DNA of 64,000 bases from NCBI GenBank assembly GCA_963833425.1, contig CAWHXP010000014.1, positions 32,001 to 96,000 on the forward strand, written 5' to 3'. Position numbers and translations under genes: made by a program. Below the pieces are notes generated by a model. That model had not been told where the DNA came from and ran no database searches. It worked only from the letters and a program-made list of their open reading frames with translations. Source of the stretch: an uncultured Methanosarcinaceae archaeon (GTDB lineage: Archaea; Halobacteriota; Methanosarcinia; Methanosarcinales; Methanosarcinaceae). Of this stretch, positions 22,426 through 34,400 are shown in pieces (positions within the stretch are counted from its first letter, which is position 1; every line of letters begins with the position of its first letter).

Positions 22426-22802
22426 TAGATTTATAGGGTAATAGCGCAAATAAGAGAAGATTTAAAACCCATAGCTTAGATACAGGAAAAGTCGTAGTTT
22501 AAAGAATATCAAGTCAAAAATTTCATGAACCCATTTTCCGCAGATGTACACAAGAATGCCATTTATTTTCTCAATATGGCATTAATTTAAAAATTAATCT
22601 GACTTTCAATGAAAAATAGTGGACGAATAGGCAACAAATTATACAATTGTGTGCCTTTGTGGAATGTCGGATAAATAAAATCATAAATTTCAGGGACCTT
22701 TAATCCGTAGATTTAGTCTGTAAATTTCAAAAATTATGAAAGATCTATTATTCCATTAATGCGGTTTATGAAATCAGGGTATTCGTCGGAGAGTAAGCGC
22801 TT

Positions 22803-23903
22803 ATGACAAAAATAAAAATAGCAATTGCAGGAATCGGGAACTGTGCAAGCTCTTTGATACAGGGCATTGAGTATTATAAAGCTGAACATAAAGAATCTAT
22901 CGGGCTGATGCACTGGGATCTTGGCGGGTATAAACCCAAGGACATCAAAGTTGTCGCTGCTTTTGACGTTGATGCCAGGAAAGAAGGAAAAGATGTGGCT
23001 GAGGCTATCTTCGCTCCCCCTAACTGCACAACGATTTTTTGCCCGGACATTCCGGCCACAGGCGTGAAGGTTAAAATGGGTAGAGTTCTTGACGGCATCT
23101 CTGACCATATGAAAAATTATGAGGAAAGATATACTTTTGTTGTCAGCAAGGAACAAGAAGCTACAAAAGCAGATATAGTAAACGAACTGAAGAATTCCGG
23201 CGCAGATATGCTTCTCAATTATCTACCTGTAGGCTCTGAAAAAGCAGTCCGTTTCTATGCAGAGTGTGCTCTTGACGCCAGAGTAGCTTTTATTAATAAT
23301 ATGCCTGTTTTTATCGCAAGCGATCCCGAATGGGCAAAAAAGTTTGAAGAAAAAAATATTCCGATAGTGGGAGATGATATTAAAGCTCAGTTAGGGGCTA
23401 CAATTACCCACCGGATTCTTGCAGACCTTTTCGAAAAACGCGGCTTAAAACTTGACAGGACATATCAGCTGAATACTGGAGGAAACACTGATTTCCTCAA
23501 TATGCTTAATAGGAGCAGACTTGCTTCCAAACGAGAATCAAAAACAGAAGCTGTTCAGTCCGTTCTCTCTCATAAACTTGAGAAAGAAAACATTCACATT
23601 GGACCTAGCGACTACGTAGCCTGGCAAAAAGACAATAAAGTATGTTTCTTGAGAATGGAAGGTCGGCTTTTTGGGGACGTGCCTATGAACCTTGAACTTC
23701 GGCTCTCTGTAGAAGACTCCCCGAACTCTGCAGGTGTTGTAATTGACGCTATTCGCTGCTGTAAGCTGGCTCTTGATCGTGGAATTGGTGGTGTGCTGTA
23801 TTCTCCAGCATCCTACTTTATGAAACACCCTGCTATCCAATATCCTGACGATGAAGCCTACAGAAGGACTGAGGAGTTCATAGCCGGCACACGGAAACGT
23901 TAA
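22803..23903 (+). CDS. ino1: myo-inositol-1-phosphate synthase
   Basis: AGIGNCASSL, NYLPVGSE, GDDIKAQLGAT, GGNTDFLNM, EDSPNSAG. Confidence 0.93.
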   Translation: MTKIKIAIAGIGNCASSLIQGIEYYKAEHKESIGLMHWDLGGYKPKDIKVVAAFDVDARKEGKDVAEAIFAPPNCTTIFCPDIPATGVKVKMGRVLDGISDHMKNYEERYTFVVSKEQEATKADIVNELKNSGADMLLNYLPVGSEKAVRFYAECALDARVAFINNMPVFIASDPEWAKKFEEKNIPIVGDDIKAQLGATITHRILADLFEKRGLKLDRTYQLNTGGNTDFLNMLNRSRLASKRESKTEAVQSVLSHKLEKENIHIGPSDYVAWQKDNKVCFLRMEGRLFGDVPMNLELRLSVEDSPNSAGVVIDAIRCCKLALDRGIGGVLYSPASYFMKHPAIQYPDDEAYRRTEEFIAGTRKR

Positions 23904-24024
23904 AACTGTATGAGAAAATTGTAAAAGTGTTTTTAGCTGAAAATCCTGGAAGGATCTGGGGCTTTTAAATTTTTTCTGCCCCAAAATATTCTTCGCAAAA
24001 TTTGTCCCAATGTTTCTTTACCGT

Positions 24025-24693
24025 TTAACGGATTCCTTCAGCTGTAATTCTAAAATCGGCACTTGAGCCTTCCGGAAGAGAGCGGTGTTTGTACAGAACA
24101 GCGCGTCTTGTTCCTTCACCTATTTTTTCCAGCTGGATAATTGCCTTTGATATGTGTTCTAAGGAACTTCCACCTAATGGACGCACTCCCCCTAAGATGA
24201 TATCGGAGTAGACTTGGTTGGTTATGACTGCAACAAAGCCGTGTTTGCGGGCCAATGCATGCAGAAATCCTATCTGGCTAGCAAGCTCTCTTCGGCTCTT
24301 CATACCTGTTTCTTCTTCTTCTAGCTCAAACCTATAGTATGAAGTTGCAGAGTCAAGGATCACGAGACCAATATTCTCACCCGCTATCTTCTCCACTTCT
24401 CTTACAGCCACATACTGTTCTTCAAAATTGAGGGGTTCAAAGATAATGATATTCCTCGCTATTTCCTTTGCCTTTTCTCCTGCAATTTGCTTAAAACGAA
24501 CAGCAGAAAGTCCTTCGGTATCTATAAAAATGACTTTCTGCCCCTGCTTTACACATTCCACTGCAAGCTGGATACAGATATTTGTTTTTCCGGTTCCTGC
24601 AGCTCCAAAGATTTGAGTTACAATTCCCTTCTCGAAACCTCCTCCCAGAAGTTCATCAAAGGATTTGCAGACGGAAGGCAATAGTTTCTCTAT
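24025..24693 (-). CDS. radB: DNA repair and recombination protein RadB
   Basis: GAAGTGKT Walker A, FIDTEG, LDSAT, TNQV, C-terminal KHRS. Start uncertain (TTG 24681 or ATA 24693). Confidence 0.92.
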   Translation of the reverse strand: MEKLLPSVCKSFDELLGGGFEKGIVTQIFGAAGTGKTNICIQLAVECVKQGQKVIFIDTEGLSAVRFKQIAGEKAKEIARNIIIFEPLNFEEQYVAVREVEKIAGENIGLVILDSATSYYRFELEEEETGMKSRRELASQIGFLHALARKHGFVAVITNQVYSDIILGGVRPLGGSSLEHISKAIIQLEKIGEGTRRAVLYKHRSLPEGSSADFRITAEGIR

Positions 24694-25779
24694 AGAATGA
24701 CACCTCTTTTTATACTTAACAGATGTATAATAATGGCCAATGATATTAACACTTTTTTGTAATCTTAATCTTCAATGCTTTTTTGTAATCTTTAATCTTC
24801 TCGGTGAAATTTAAAATTACATCTATAGAGATCAAGTATTTGCTACTACTCTACTCAAAATTATTGGAAACGCATTGGTATACCAGCTCAGTTCATCGAA
24901 ACCAGAAATTGTTGATTTTTGTTTGACCATATTTCTTCAATCTAGATTATTTTAAATTCTCTTTCAGTTTACTTTAAAATTTCTAAATATAGTGCTAATA
25001 TTGTGCAAGCGGTCACATTTTCAATTAGTCTATGATCTTAAAGTTTATAGTCCTAAAAATTTCTTATTATACATACGACTAAATATGCTGATGATGCTCA
25101 TTGTATTGATGCTGGCTATTTAAGCACAAAACATAAATTTGAAGATGCAAACATTTGGGACGAAAAAAAGTTTTGATTGAAAATAGTTTAATTGCTTTTC
25201 TACTGGAAGGAGCATCAAAAACAACAATCATATGGTACCTCTATGCACAACTAGATAGTCGAGCAATTTCAGGGAGTCGGATTCAATGAAATCTTGAACA
25301 AGTTGGGATCGAATACTTTTGATAGATCGCTTATTTTTTTGAGTACATTTTTGAGTTTATACAATTAATTGAGCTAGACGCTAAATTCTTTCTCTATTAA
25401 ATTCATTAAATAATTAAGTAATTATTTTACAGACTATGTCTTTTTTTAGTATCTTAATAATAAAAAAACTGGAGCTTTTTTTTGCAATCTTATGCATACC
25501 AAATAAAAAAAAGTACATGAATTGATTATGGTCCGGATATCTAATCCGCACTAAAATCTGGATAGTTCTCCGAAATAAAAAGCATAACCATCGAAGAACC
25601 TATGGAACTTGGTTTTCGAATTGGGTTAAATATAACAAATGCAACTGTAGAATAGTAAGTTTTTAGCATCTGCCTCTTCTCAGGAAAAGAAATTTTCATC
25701 ATCCAGACAAAGGCAACAAAATAAAATAAACTTTAAAAGATGTACTTTAGCCACGAAAATAATTTCTCATCTTGACTCA

Positions 25780-27486
25780 TTAAAGCCTTTTAAGCTGCTG
25801 ATTATATGCCTTTTCAATTCTCTGGATTGTATCCGCTTCTACTGGATCTTTATCATCTCTGATACGGATAAATCGGGGAAAACGAAGTGCAAAACCAGAG
25901 TTATAATTGGGGCTTTTTTGAATCTCTTCAAAGGCAATTTCCAGAACAATTTTAGGTCTTATAGCAAATACCCCACCCGCTTCTCCGCCGTCCATCAGTT
26001 CGGAAAGCATTTCTGTGAGCTCTTTTAGCTTTTCGTCATTCAAGCCTGTTCCAACCTTGCCAACTTGCAAAAAAGTAGAAGTTTCAGGGTCATAACAGGC
26101 AACAGTGTAAGAACCTATGAGGCTTGCACGCCTACCAAAGCCCCACTCAGCTCCAACTACTACAAGATCAAGGGTTTCCATCAGGGGTTTTTTCTTAAGC
26201 CAATTCTTACCGCGTTTACCAGGGGAATAAACCGAATTAGGATTTTTGACCATTACTCCCTCATGACCGGCTTTCAAGGCTTCCCTATAGATCTTTTCCA
26301 CAACCTCAAGGTCTCCAGTTATCACCTGCTTATCAACAGAAATGGACTTCGAATCTTCAGTTGAGCTTTCCACGCAGGACTCAAGCACCTTTCGTCGCTC
26401 ACTAAGAAGAAGGTCAATCAGTGTTCTGCCGTTCAAGTACATGATATCAAAGAGATTGAGCTGTATAGGGATTCCAAGTATTTTTTCCCCTACGTCGTAC
26501 TTACGACGGAAACGTTTAAGGATTTCCTGAAAAGCTCTTGGTTTTCCTTTTTCATCCACTGCAACAGCTTCCCCATCAAGAATTGCGTATTCGGCTTTCA
26601 CATGCTTTCGAATAATTTCGACAAGGTCTGGTAGGGAATTTGTGACATTTTCAAGTCTTCGTGAATAAATAGTAACCGAGTTTCCAGCTTTGTGGATCTG
26701 GACCCTTGCGCCGTCGAATTTCCATTCAATTGCAGCTTCTCTCATTTCCATTATATCCGCATCTATATCAGGACTAATCTGTGAGAGCATCATCTTTATG
26801 GGCCGATTGATTTCGATCCCCAGGCCTTTGAGATCTTGTATACCTCCTTTCTTTGCAGCTGCAGCAACTATTCCGAGGTCATTTGTGACCATAAAAGCGT
26901 GCTCTACCAAATCTACAGGGACGGAAAAGGCTTTTGCGATGGCATCCCTTAAAACTCCTTCCCCAACCCCTATACGGAGCTCTTCAAGTGCAAGCCTGGA
27001 GATATACTTTGCTTCCCTTGGGGTTGAGGAATTAAAAAGGAACTGAAGATTTTTGACCTTAACTTCCTGTGAACCTTTCCCTGAGGCTTCTGAAGCCGTC
27101 TTGAAGCGTTGGTAGACTTCCTCTATAGAGAGCTCGTGCTGCTCTTCGAGGAAAGAAGAAAAAGTGATCTGATTTTTTCGTTTTTCCTTCAGGATAAGAA
27201 GTGCAGTGTCTCCTATATCTCCTGTTGTACGGACAAGGGACTCTATACTTCTTATAGACATTCCGGAAGCTTTGGAAAGGGAAGCATACAAAAGGCTTGT
27301 GCCAATTCCAAGCTGCTCTCCACTCCAGTCAGGAAAAACCTCACTCATAATAAAATGAGTTGCAAGGGGAAGCTCTTCTACGCTGACATTCATAAGAAGA
27401 TCAGCGACCCTATTTGTAGTGTCTATAGTACTTGAAATTTTTTCAATTGCCTGGCAGGTTTCTGCAAATTCCCTGAAGCTCGTCAT
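25780..27486 (-). CDS. lig: ATP-dependent DNA ligase
   Basis: [10 protein letters not shown] motif I, LDGE, EGVMVK, WLKKK, ALRFPRF. Confidence 0.96.
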   Translation of the reverse strand: MTSFREFAETCQAIEKISSTIDTTNRVADLLMNVSVEELPLATHFIMSEVFPDWSGEQLGIGTSLLYASLSKASGMSIRSIESLVRTTGDIGDTALLILKEKRKNQITFSSFLEEQHELSIEEVYQRFKTASEASGKGSQEVKVKNLQFLFNSSTPREAKYISRLALEELRIGVGEGVLRDAIAKAFSVPVDLVEHAFMVTNDLGIVAAAAKKGGIQDLKGLGIEINRPIKMMLSQISPDIDADIMEMREAAIEWKFDGARVQIHKAGNSVTIYSRRLENVTNSLPDLVEIIRKHVKAEYAILDGEAVAVDEKGKPRAFQEILKRFRRKYDVGEKILGIPIQLNLFDIMYLNGRTLIDLLLSERRKVLESCVESSTEDSKSISVDKQVITGDLEVVEKIYREALKAGHEGVMVKNPNSVYSPGKRGKNWLKKKPLMETLDLVVVGAEWGFGRRASLIGSYTVACYDPETSTFLQVGKVGTGLNDEKLKELTEMLSELMDGGEAGGVFAIRPKIVLEIAFEEIQKSPNYNSGFALRFPRFIRIRDDKDPVEADTIQRIEKAYNQQLKRL

Positions 27487-27554
27487 GGTCCACGCAGCTT
27501 TTCAATTTGATTGCTCACCTAATTTAGGGTTTCTAAAACCAAAATTATTATGCT

Positions 27555-28553
27555 CTACGAGTGCCCGTAAATTGCGATAAGATCGCTAAGAATCGCACTT
27601 GCTGTCTCAACAGGCCCGGCACCTTTACCAGTAACTGTAATTTCTCCTGCAAGTTCGGTGTATAAAGATGCAATATTTAGAGTACCTCCGACTGCAAGAG
27701 GGTGGTTGATAGGTACAAGCCTTGGGGCCACATCTATCCTTTCCCTGTTAACTTCGCCTATAAGTTTTATTGCATGCCCATTTTCATTAGCCATCTCCAG
27801 GGCTTCAGGAGTAATCTTTGTAATTCCTGTAACTTCAACATCCTTGTAAGTAGCATCGAGTTCGAAGATAGCATTTGCCAGAATTACTAGCTTACAGGCA
27901 GTATCAATCCCTTCAACATCGTATGTTGGATCGGTTTCTGCAATTCCGAGCTCAATTGACTCGGCAAGAATGTCAGTGTAACTTGCTCTTTCTTCCAACA
28001 TTCTTGTCAGGATGTAATTACAGGTTCCGTTTAGGATACCTTTGATACTTATAATCTTATTGCCTGCGAGAACTTCGTTTGCCAGATTAATGATTGGCAT
28101 TGAACCTCCAACTGTGGCTTCAAATCTGAACTTCGAACCGGCTGCTTTTGCAGCCATCATGAGTTCTCTATACTTAAGTGTAAGTGGACCTTTATTCGAG
28201 GTAATAAGTGACTTCTTAGTTTGAAAAGCTGCAAACATATTCTGGAGACCTATTCCGCCGGTTTTGATGTTTGTAGGAGTAGTCTCTATTACCAATTCAT
28301 GGTCTACAGACCTAATAACTTCTATTCCGCTAATATTCTCAAGGGCTACAGTGCCACTAATTCTCTTACGTGAAAGGCACTCTGCGAGGTTCAAACCTTC
28401 AGGATTGATGGTTGCACCCTTTGAGTCCACAACAGCAACTACTTTCACTTCTAACCCGATACTTTCAAGATACTCTTTCTTCATAAGAAGTACCTCGGCA
28501 ACCCCCTGTCCAATTGCACCGAATCCGAGAATGGAACAGGCTATCTTCTTCAT
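27555..28553 (-). CDS. hom: Homoserine dehydrogenase
   Basis: GFGAIG, TSNKGP, FEATVGG, GILNGTCNYIL, GAGPVETASA. Confidence 0.94.
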   Translation of the reverse strand: MKKIACSILGFGAIGQGVAEVLLMKKEYLESIGLEVKVVAVVDSKGATINPEGLNLAECLSRKRISGTVALENISGIEVIRSVDHELVIETTPTNIKTGGIGLQNMFAAFQTKKSLITSNKGPLTLKYRELMMAAKAAGSKFRFEATVGGSMPIINLANEVLAGNKIISIKGILNGTCNYILTRMLEERASYTDILAESIELGIAETDPTYDVEGIDTACKLVILANAIFELDATYKDVEVTGITKITPEALEMANENGHAIKLIGEVNRERIDVAPRLVPINHPLAVGGTLNIASLYTELAGEITVTGKGAGPVETASAILSDLIAIYGHS

Positions 28554-28575
28554 ATTTTCAATCTCCTAAATTTTT

Positions 28576-29091
28576 TCAGGCCTGTATGTTTATTGGGAGT
28601 ATCATCAGCAGGTCTTTTTTTGCTGAAACTTCTTTTAGAATTTTGAGCGCCTTTTGCAAATCTTCTTTACTCACAGCATCGATTTTTATGAGGGCTGAAG
28701 AAAGTAGATTAATGCCAGGCATGGAGAGGGAAATGTCCACAACCTCAGCAAAACCAGTTTTGTCAATTTCATCGATTGTATCCCGGATTCCAGTATGTAC
28801 CACGTGCCCTATAAGGACCACATTTATGCTCTCCCTAAAACGATGTTCTCCAACTCTTACAACCCTGACCCCGTTTTCTTCAAGTTTCGCTTTTATAATT
28901 TCGATACTTTCGGGTTTAGTTTCAAGTACAAGCTGCACTGGTACTGTTTTTCGTGGGGTTCTTTTCTGATGGTGATGTAATACGGTTATCAGATTAGCTT
29001 TGCAGTCTGAAAGAGGCTGGAGGGCTAAAAGCATCTGCCCGGGCACATCTTTTAGTTCAATGTCCATGGAAATTCTCATGTTGTCCCTCAT
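28576..29091 (-). CDS. ACT-domain amino-acid-binding protein (homoserine dehydrogenase regulator type)
   Basis: IELKDVPGQ ACT motif, VVLIGHVVHT; directly upstream of hom. Confidence 0.82.
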   Translation of the reverse strand: MRDNMRISMDIELKDVPGQMLLALQPLSDCKANLITVLHHHQKRTPRKTVPVQLVLETKPESIEIIKAKLEENGVRVVRVGEHRFRESINVVLIGHVVHTGIRDTIDEIDKTGFAEVVDISLSMPGINLLSSALIKIDAVSKEDLQKALKILKEVSAKKDLLMILPINIQA

Positions 29092-29589
29092 ACACTTTAA
29101 TATAATTTAATTACTATTCATCCTGGAAAAAAAGTATCAATAGCCATCTTTACTAATATCCGTTGAGTAAATTTCGGTTGGCTTATTTTGTTTATATGTT
29201 AGCTATTGATCATGTTTTTTATTTTTCCCTCGTTTAGTGGTCAGAAGAATCATCGAGTCAAAATAGGTTCAGCCAGCTGATTTTTGATAGACTGAATAAT
29301 TTAATAATTTCTTAAACTTAATCTCTTAGAGTAGAGTTCAATTACTTGGTATTTGCTACTAATATAGTTGAATCAAGTGACATTCTGTGAATGATCTTTA
29401 TTTTATAAGAAAGCTTTTTTGGGAATTTTTGGAAGCAAAAAGGGGGATTATTATGTACTTATCCCTATTTTTCAAATATTGTTTGACCTTTATTGCTGCT
29501 TAGTGGGTGAATTTGGATATATAGTTTGTGATTTACTTTTCATAAAAAAGATTGTATAAACTACCTCTTCCATCTTATTTTTGCCTACT

Positions 29590-30483
29590 TTAATCTTCTG
29601 TTTGTTTAGATACATGTTCATCAGGAATACGTATAATATTTCCTCTACCTCGTTTGAATTTTTCAATCAAGCCGCGTTCTTCCAGGTCTGACAGCATAAG
29701 GCTGACTTTGGATTCTGAGTATGGAGATTTTTTCCGAAGTTCTCTCTGGGTAATTCGGTTTCCGTTAGTCCGAATTAAATTCATAAGTTCCTTGAGATCC
29801 TCAGGGAGATTGATCTCGCGGTCCTCCTGAAGATCATCGACGTCTAAAGAGTTAGTTTCAGGCAACCTTGAACTTATTTCAAAAGTTTCATCAAGACTTT
29901 CTTCTTCGTCTATAGGACTCTCAGGTTGCAACGTTTTTGGTTCCGTGTTTACGTCCGGAAAACTATTTTTTATCACAAGAGGTTTTAGATATCTTTTTTT
30001 TATGAAATAGCCCGCTACTAAGAGAACGATTATGGAGACAAGGGGAATAGAAACGAAAAAATAATTCAGGGAGTTTGCTGTATCTACATTTTTTGTCTCA
30101 TCAAAACTCAAATTTGGAACTTCAAATCCACTCTGGTTCAGAAGTTCTTCGTTATATGTTGGAAATAGGAGAAGGTCATGCACATACTCTCCTTTATCTG
30201 AGATCACAACTTCCTCTTTAGCAGTATAAACGATGGTTTTTCCCTCAAAGTAATTCGCAGTTATCAAGTAAGTTCCAGGAGTAAGATTGAAGGAATAATT
30301 TGCACCCGTAGCAACAAAATTCTGTTCAGGAGTGGAGTTAATTTCAACAACTGCATTATCAAGAGGTTTGAAATTCTCCCATTCATATACAGTTCCGTGA
30401 ATTGTGGCTGCAAATGCATTTCCCTGAAAAGGCATGATGAAAAAGAAAATACAGGTGATCCTGTAAAGCTTTCTAAAATTCAC
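29590..30483 (-). CDS. Membrane-anchored helix-turn-helix protein (signal peptide, extracellular beta domain, TM helix, C-terminal wHTH)
   Basis: AFA-ATIHG signal-like N-terminus, TM near residues 140-160, ITQRELRKKSPYSESKVSLMLSDLEERGLIEKFKRGRGN. Confidence 0.8.
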   Translation of the reverse strand: MNFRKLYRITCIFFFIMPFQGNAFAATIHGTVYEWENFKPLDNAVVEINSTPEQNFVATGANYSFNLTPGTYLITANYFEGKTIVYTAKEEVVISDKGEYVHDLLLFPTYNEELLNQSGFEVPNLSFDETKNVDTANSLNYFFVSIPLVSIIVLLVAGYFIKKRYLKPLVIKNSFPDVNTEPKTLQPESPIDEEESLDETFEISSRLPETNSLDVDDLQEDREINLPEDLKELMNLIRTNGNRITQRELRKKSPYSESKVSLMLSDLEERGLIEKFKRGRGNIIRIPDEHVSKQTED

Positions 30484-30554
30484 GCATTGTTAAATGAGTT
30501 TTTAGCATAAATCTTTTGCTTTTCATTACAGAATTTTATAAAGCTAAAAGAAAT

Positions 30555-30598
30555 ATTCAAGCTTTATAAAGTAAATAAAGGTTTTATCAAGCTTGAAT
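30555..30598. promoter_or_regulatory. 17-bp inverted repeat (15/17) with 10-bp spacer, candidate operator
   Basis: attcaagctttataaag ... ttttatcaagcttgaat upstream of the HTH membrane gene. Confidence 0.5.
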
Positions 30599-31047
30599 GT
30601 ATATATGCACATATATATTAAGATTATTCAAAAACGATTATTTTATCCAGGGAAGAATGCTAATATTTAGGAAAATATTAATATTTACCTCATCCTTGCA
30701 TACAATAGCAATAATGACTTACAAAAGGACACGATCAGATGAAAAAATAAAATTCATCCTATATTTTCTTACTTACGATCACATCAACATCATTTAGCAT
30801 GCTGTCAGAAAGAAATTTTACTGCCAAAGTTTTTCATGATTGTATGGAAACCAGAATTAATATCTTCGTGAATGTATCAGAATTTCATAAGATAATTAGA
30901 TTGATGATACCAATGGTACTCAGACTCTAAATTAGATCAAGAACGCTTCATAATAACCTAAGCGTAAAATATTAGAAAAGGGAAGGAATATTTAGAAGTA
31001 AAAAATTAACTCAGGAATAAAATCAGGATCTTAGGAATTAATCTAAA

Positions 31048-32177
31048 GAGAATTTCGATAACCTCCATGCTCTTGAGCATGGTTGACTTTAAATTTGTCA
31101 ATATTTATGTATATTCATGAAAACTTTTACTGATTTTGCTCTTAAAGAAGAGTATAAACGTTTTGAATCTGTTGGAGATAAGCTTGCTGAAATTGATTCC
31201 TTAATTGATTGGAAAACGTTTCGTATTATTCTTGAGTCTATGTATATTAACAAATCCTTTTCAGTAGGGAGACCTGAAACTGATGTAATTGTGATGTTCA
31301 AAATGCTTGTTTTACAACAATGGCATGGTCTCTCTGATTTTGAACTTGAGAAACAGTGTATAGATCGAATTTCTTTTAGGAAATTCCTTGGTTTTCCTGA
31401 ATACATACCTTACAGTACTACTGTATGGCTATTTAGGGAGAGAATTAGCGAGAATTTCAAAGAAAATATGGGGAAAGTTGCAAAGCCAACTTGATGCTCT
31501 GGGTTTACAGATAAAGCAGGGAATGATTCAGGATGTTACTTTTATCCATTCAGATCCAGGACATGCAAAAGCAGAGAGATGAGACAAAAAAAGAAGAAGC
31601 AGAGACTGAACATGGACAAAGAAGGAGGTAAGTCTCACTTTGGATATAAGCGTCATAATATAATAGAAGAGATTATGAGCTGATCAGAAGATTCAAACAA
31701 CAACTGCGTCAGTACATGATTCGTATGTAGATTTGACAGAGAAAAATGAAGTGGTTTATAGGGACAGAGGATACTTTGGAACAAAAACGGAAGGGTATAA
31801 TGCATCAATGAAAAGAACAGTCAAAGGACATACGCTGGGAATAAAGGATATATTAAGAAATAAGATCATTAGCTCAAAAAGATTCCAAGGGGAAAGAGTT
31901 TATTCAGTAACGAAAGAAATTTTCAAAGCAGGAAGAGTTTTTGTTACTACTGTTAAAAGAGTAAATCTAAAAATGTTGTGTACGGCTTTTTATTATAATC
32001 TCTATCAATTGAGGAAATTGAAAATAAAAAAAGTATATTGAAGATAGCGGAAGCTATCCTTAAAATCAAAGAATTGAGAATAAGTAAAGCCAAAAAGAGG
32101 AATTAAATAGAGAAATTGAGGGGGAGATATGAGAAATCACTGCTAAGAAATAAAATCTGAAGTTTATCGAAATCCTC
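31048..32177 (+). mobile_element. IS5-family (IS5 subgroup) element, defective transposase, copy 1
   Basis: TIRs gagaatttcgataa / ttatcgaaatcctc, taaa target duplication. Transposase pieces GRP..MFKMLVLQQW, IQDVTFI, YRDRGY at 31117-32041 in several frames. Confidence 0.92.
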
Positions 32178-32519
32178 TAAACTTTAATGATTATTACAAT
32201 TCACTAAGTTTTACCTTAAATCAAGCATTATTTTCTATGATTGCTTCCCTTTCAAATTGTAAGGAGCGATGTGGAATAATCAAATGGCAATTAAACAAAA
32301 GAACGAATTGTTGCTATCGATGAAAAAATTAAACTGTCAAAGGCTTGAAAAATTAAATTTGTTGTTTAGCACCTCGCTTTAAGCAACGGAGTATATGAAG
32401 TATCAAGTTCTGAGTATCAAGGAATTATTCAAAATAAAATACTTTCATCTGCTCCTATGATTCATTTTCTTCTTTGTTTCCCTGGGAGCAATATAGTTTT
32501 ATAATAATATCAGAAGTTG

Positions 32520-32930
32520 TAATAACATCAACAGTTTTAATGCATCTCCATCACTTCAGAGTTAACAACCAAAAAGCTTTTTTAATCCCAGCGTGTTCTT
32601 TAAAGATTTTCTTTGCTTTTTTATAATCTAGATTATTATTAAATGAGACTATTTGTTTCAACACTAACTAAAAGATGTACACGATCACTATCTGTGTCTA
32701 CAGTATCAAAATTAAAACAGTACTTTTTACCGATTTCAAAGCATATTTTGTAAATAATTAAAAATGTCATCTTCTGAATGAAATTTTTTACGAGAATTCA
32801 TACAAAAAAAACCAATGTTATATCCTATTTCATATACACAATTTTTGTATGCTGTAGTTTCATTTCATAACTCAAGGGTGGCTTAAAATATATCGCAATT
32901 TGTTAATATCGATTCCCGAGTAGGTTTCCA
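32520..32930 (-). pseudogene. IS200/IS605 TnpA (HUH) remnant
   Basis: Minus-strand DTDSDRVHLLVSVE and AKKIFKEHAGIKKAFW resemble DHVH..IFKEYPEIKK.LW. Confidence 0.55.
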
Positions 32931-33224
32931 TACTTGTGGCAAGCTGCGTGGTATTCGACTGGAATCAAACTTAATACTCAAATTGCACTAAAAACAAATA
33001 CTAAATCCTTAGAATAACATGCAATGAAACTATTTTTCGTCAAGAATTTTTTTGAACATTAACTCCATAGTTACTTTGGGCAGGAAATTTGTTCTAATTT
33101 TGGTTTTTCAAAACTCCTCGAAACTAATTCGTGAATTTCAATTGAAGGATCAAATATGACTTAGATCACGGCTGTCAAGCCGCCTTTGAGGCAATTTTAC
33201 TTCCCAAATAAGTTGAGTTATCTA

Positions 33225-34400
33225 AATTGGAGAAACGGTAAACAATTTGTGTGGTTTAGAAGTCACAAATTTTTGTCTATTACTATTCTAGTATATCCGG
33301 TGAAAAATCACTCTTACGTTTCGCTAGACATGATGAAATTTTAGCTCTTAAAGGTTGAACATATCAGAAAAGTGTGATTTTTTGCATAAGAATCAACAAG
33401 TGACTTTTGGAATTCTATTTGTGATTTAATTGATAAGTCTTGTACTTATAGTCAAAGATGCACTAGATACGAAGGCCTCTATTTATAAAAAGACAGACAG
33501 TAAATTCAAAATTCTTTCTACAATTTGCACTTTAATGGCATGATATCAGGACTACAAGTTTTTCCATAGGATCAAAAAGTTTCAATTATAAATTCAAATT
33601 TTACAGGCTTGTACAAAGAAGAACACCTATTTAAAAATGAAGCTATGTTATTCTAGAACCTGATGTGTTATAATATAAATAATGTGCTGACAGATATTTT
33701 TGGTAAAAAAGGTCTTTCAATTGCTACCATAAATCACGTATTTGTAATACTGTTGATCAAATTTTAGAAAATCTTTCTCCAAATATTCTTAAAAAAGGTG
33801 TTCAGATAAGAAAGGTTTCGGCAGCATAAATACCTCACGGAGCTGTAGGGTAAGAACATTAGAGAATAACTTTTTAATTATGTTTATTGGAAACATAACC
33901 TGAAATGAGTATTTTAATGTCAGTTTTGGATATTGGAAAAAATTGGCGCAGTAGTTCTAATTGCTGAAATAAATAGTTTCAAAGATTTTTTACCCAGAGG
34001 TAATCTTCATGGCTTTAGGATTTTCTGATTGTATATCAATTTGTAGATAAATTATGCACATGGAGAATCACAAAGAGGTCACAAAAATGGCGATGTTGAT
34101 TCTAAAGCAAATTGCTTAAGCAACAGCAAGAAAGAAAAATCACAAATTAAAAGAATTTTTTAACCGAAAGAAGGAATCAATTGGTCATGCAAAGAAAATA
34201 GTGCTCTAGTAAGGAAAATTGCCCCAATGATATGGCACCTGGTTATAAAGGAGGAGATATATGAAGATGAAAAATGACATGAAAATAGAGATTCAAGAAA
34301 TGTGAATTGTTGAGAATGAAACCTTTTCGGTTGCTAAACGTATGAAAATGATAGTAAAAATTGTAATTATTGGGGGAAGGGATAGAAAAGGTGTGAGGAA
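33225..34400 (+). pseudogene. IS110-family recombinase remnant
   Basis: Fragments CGLEV, ESTSDFW, KKTD, LMSVLDIGKIGAVVLIAEINSFKDF, ALVRKI..MIWHL; heavily frameshifted. Confidence 0.7.

Noticed and set aside
24880..25630. Possible decayed IS between radB and lig
   Set aside because: End-like motifs are present, but I could read no transposase motif
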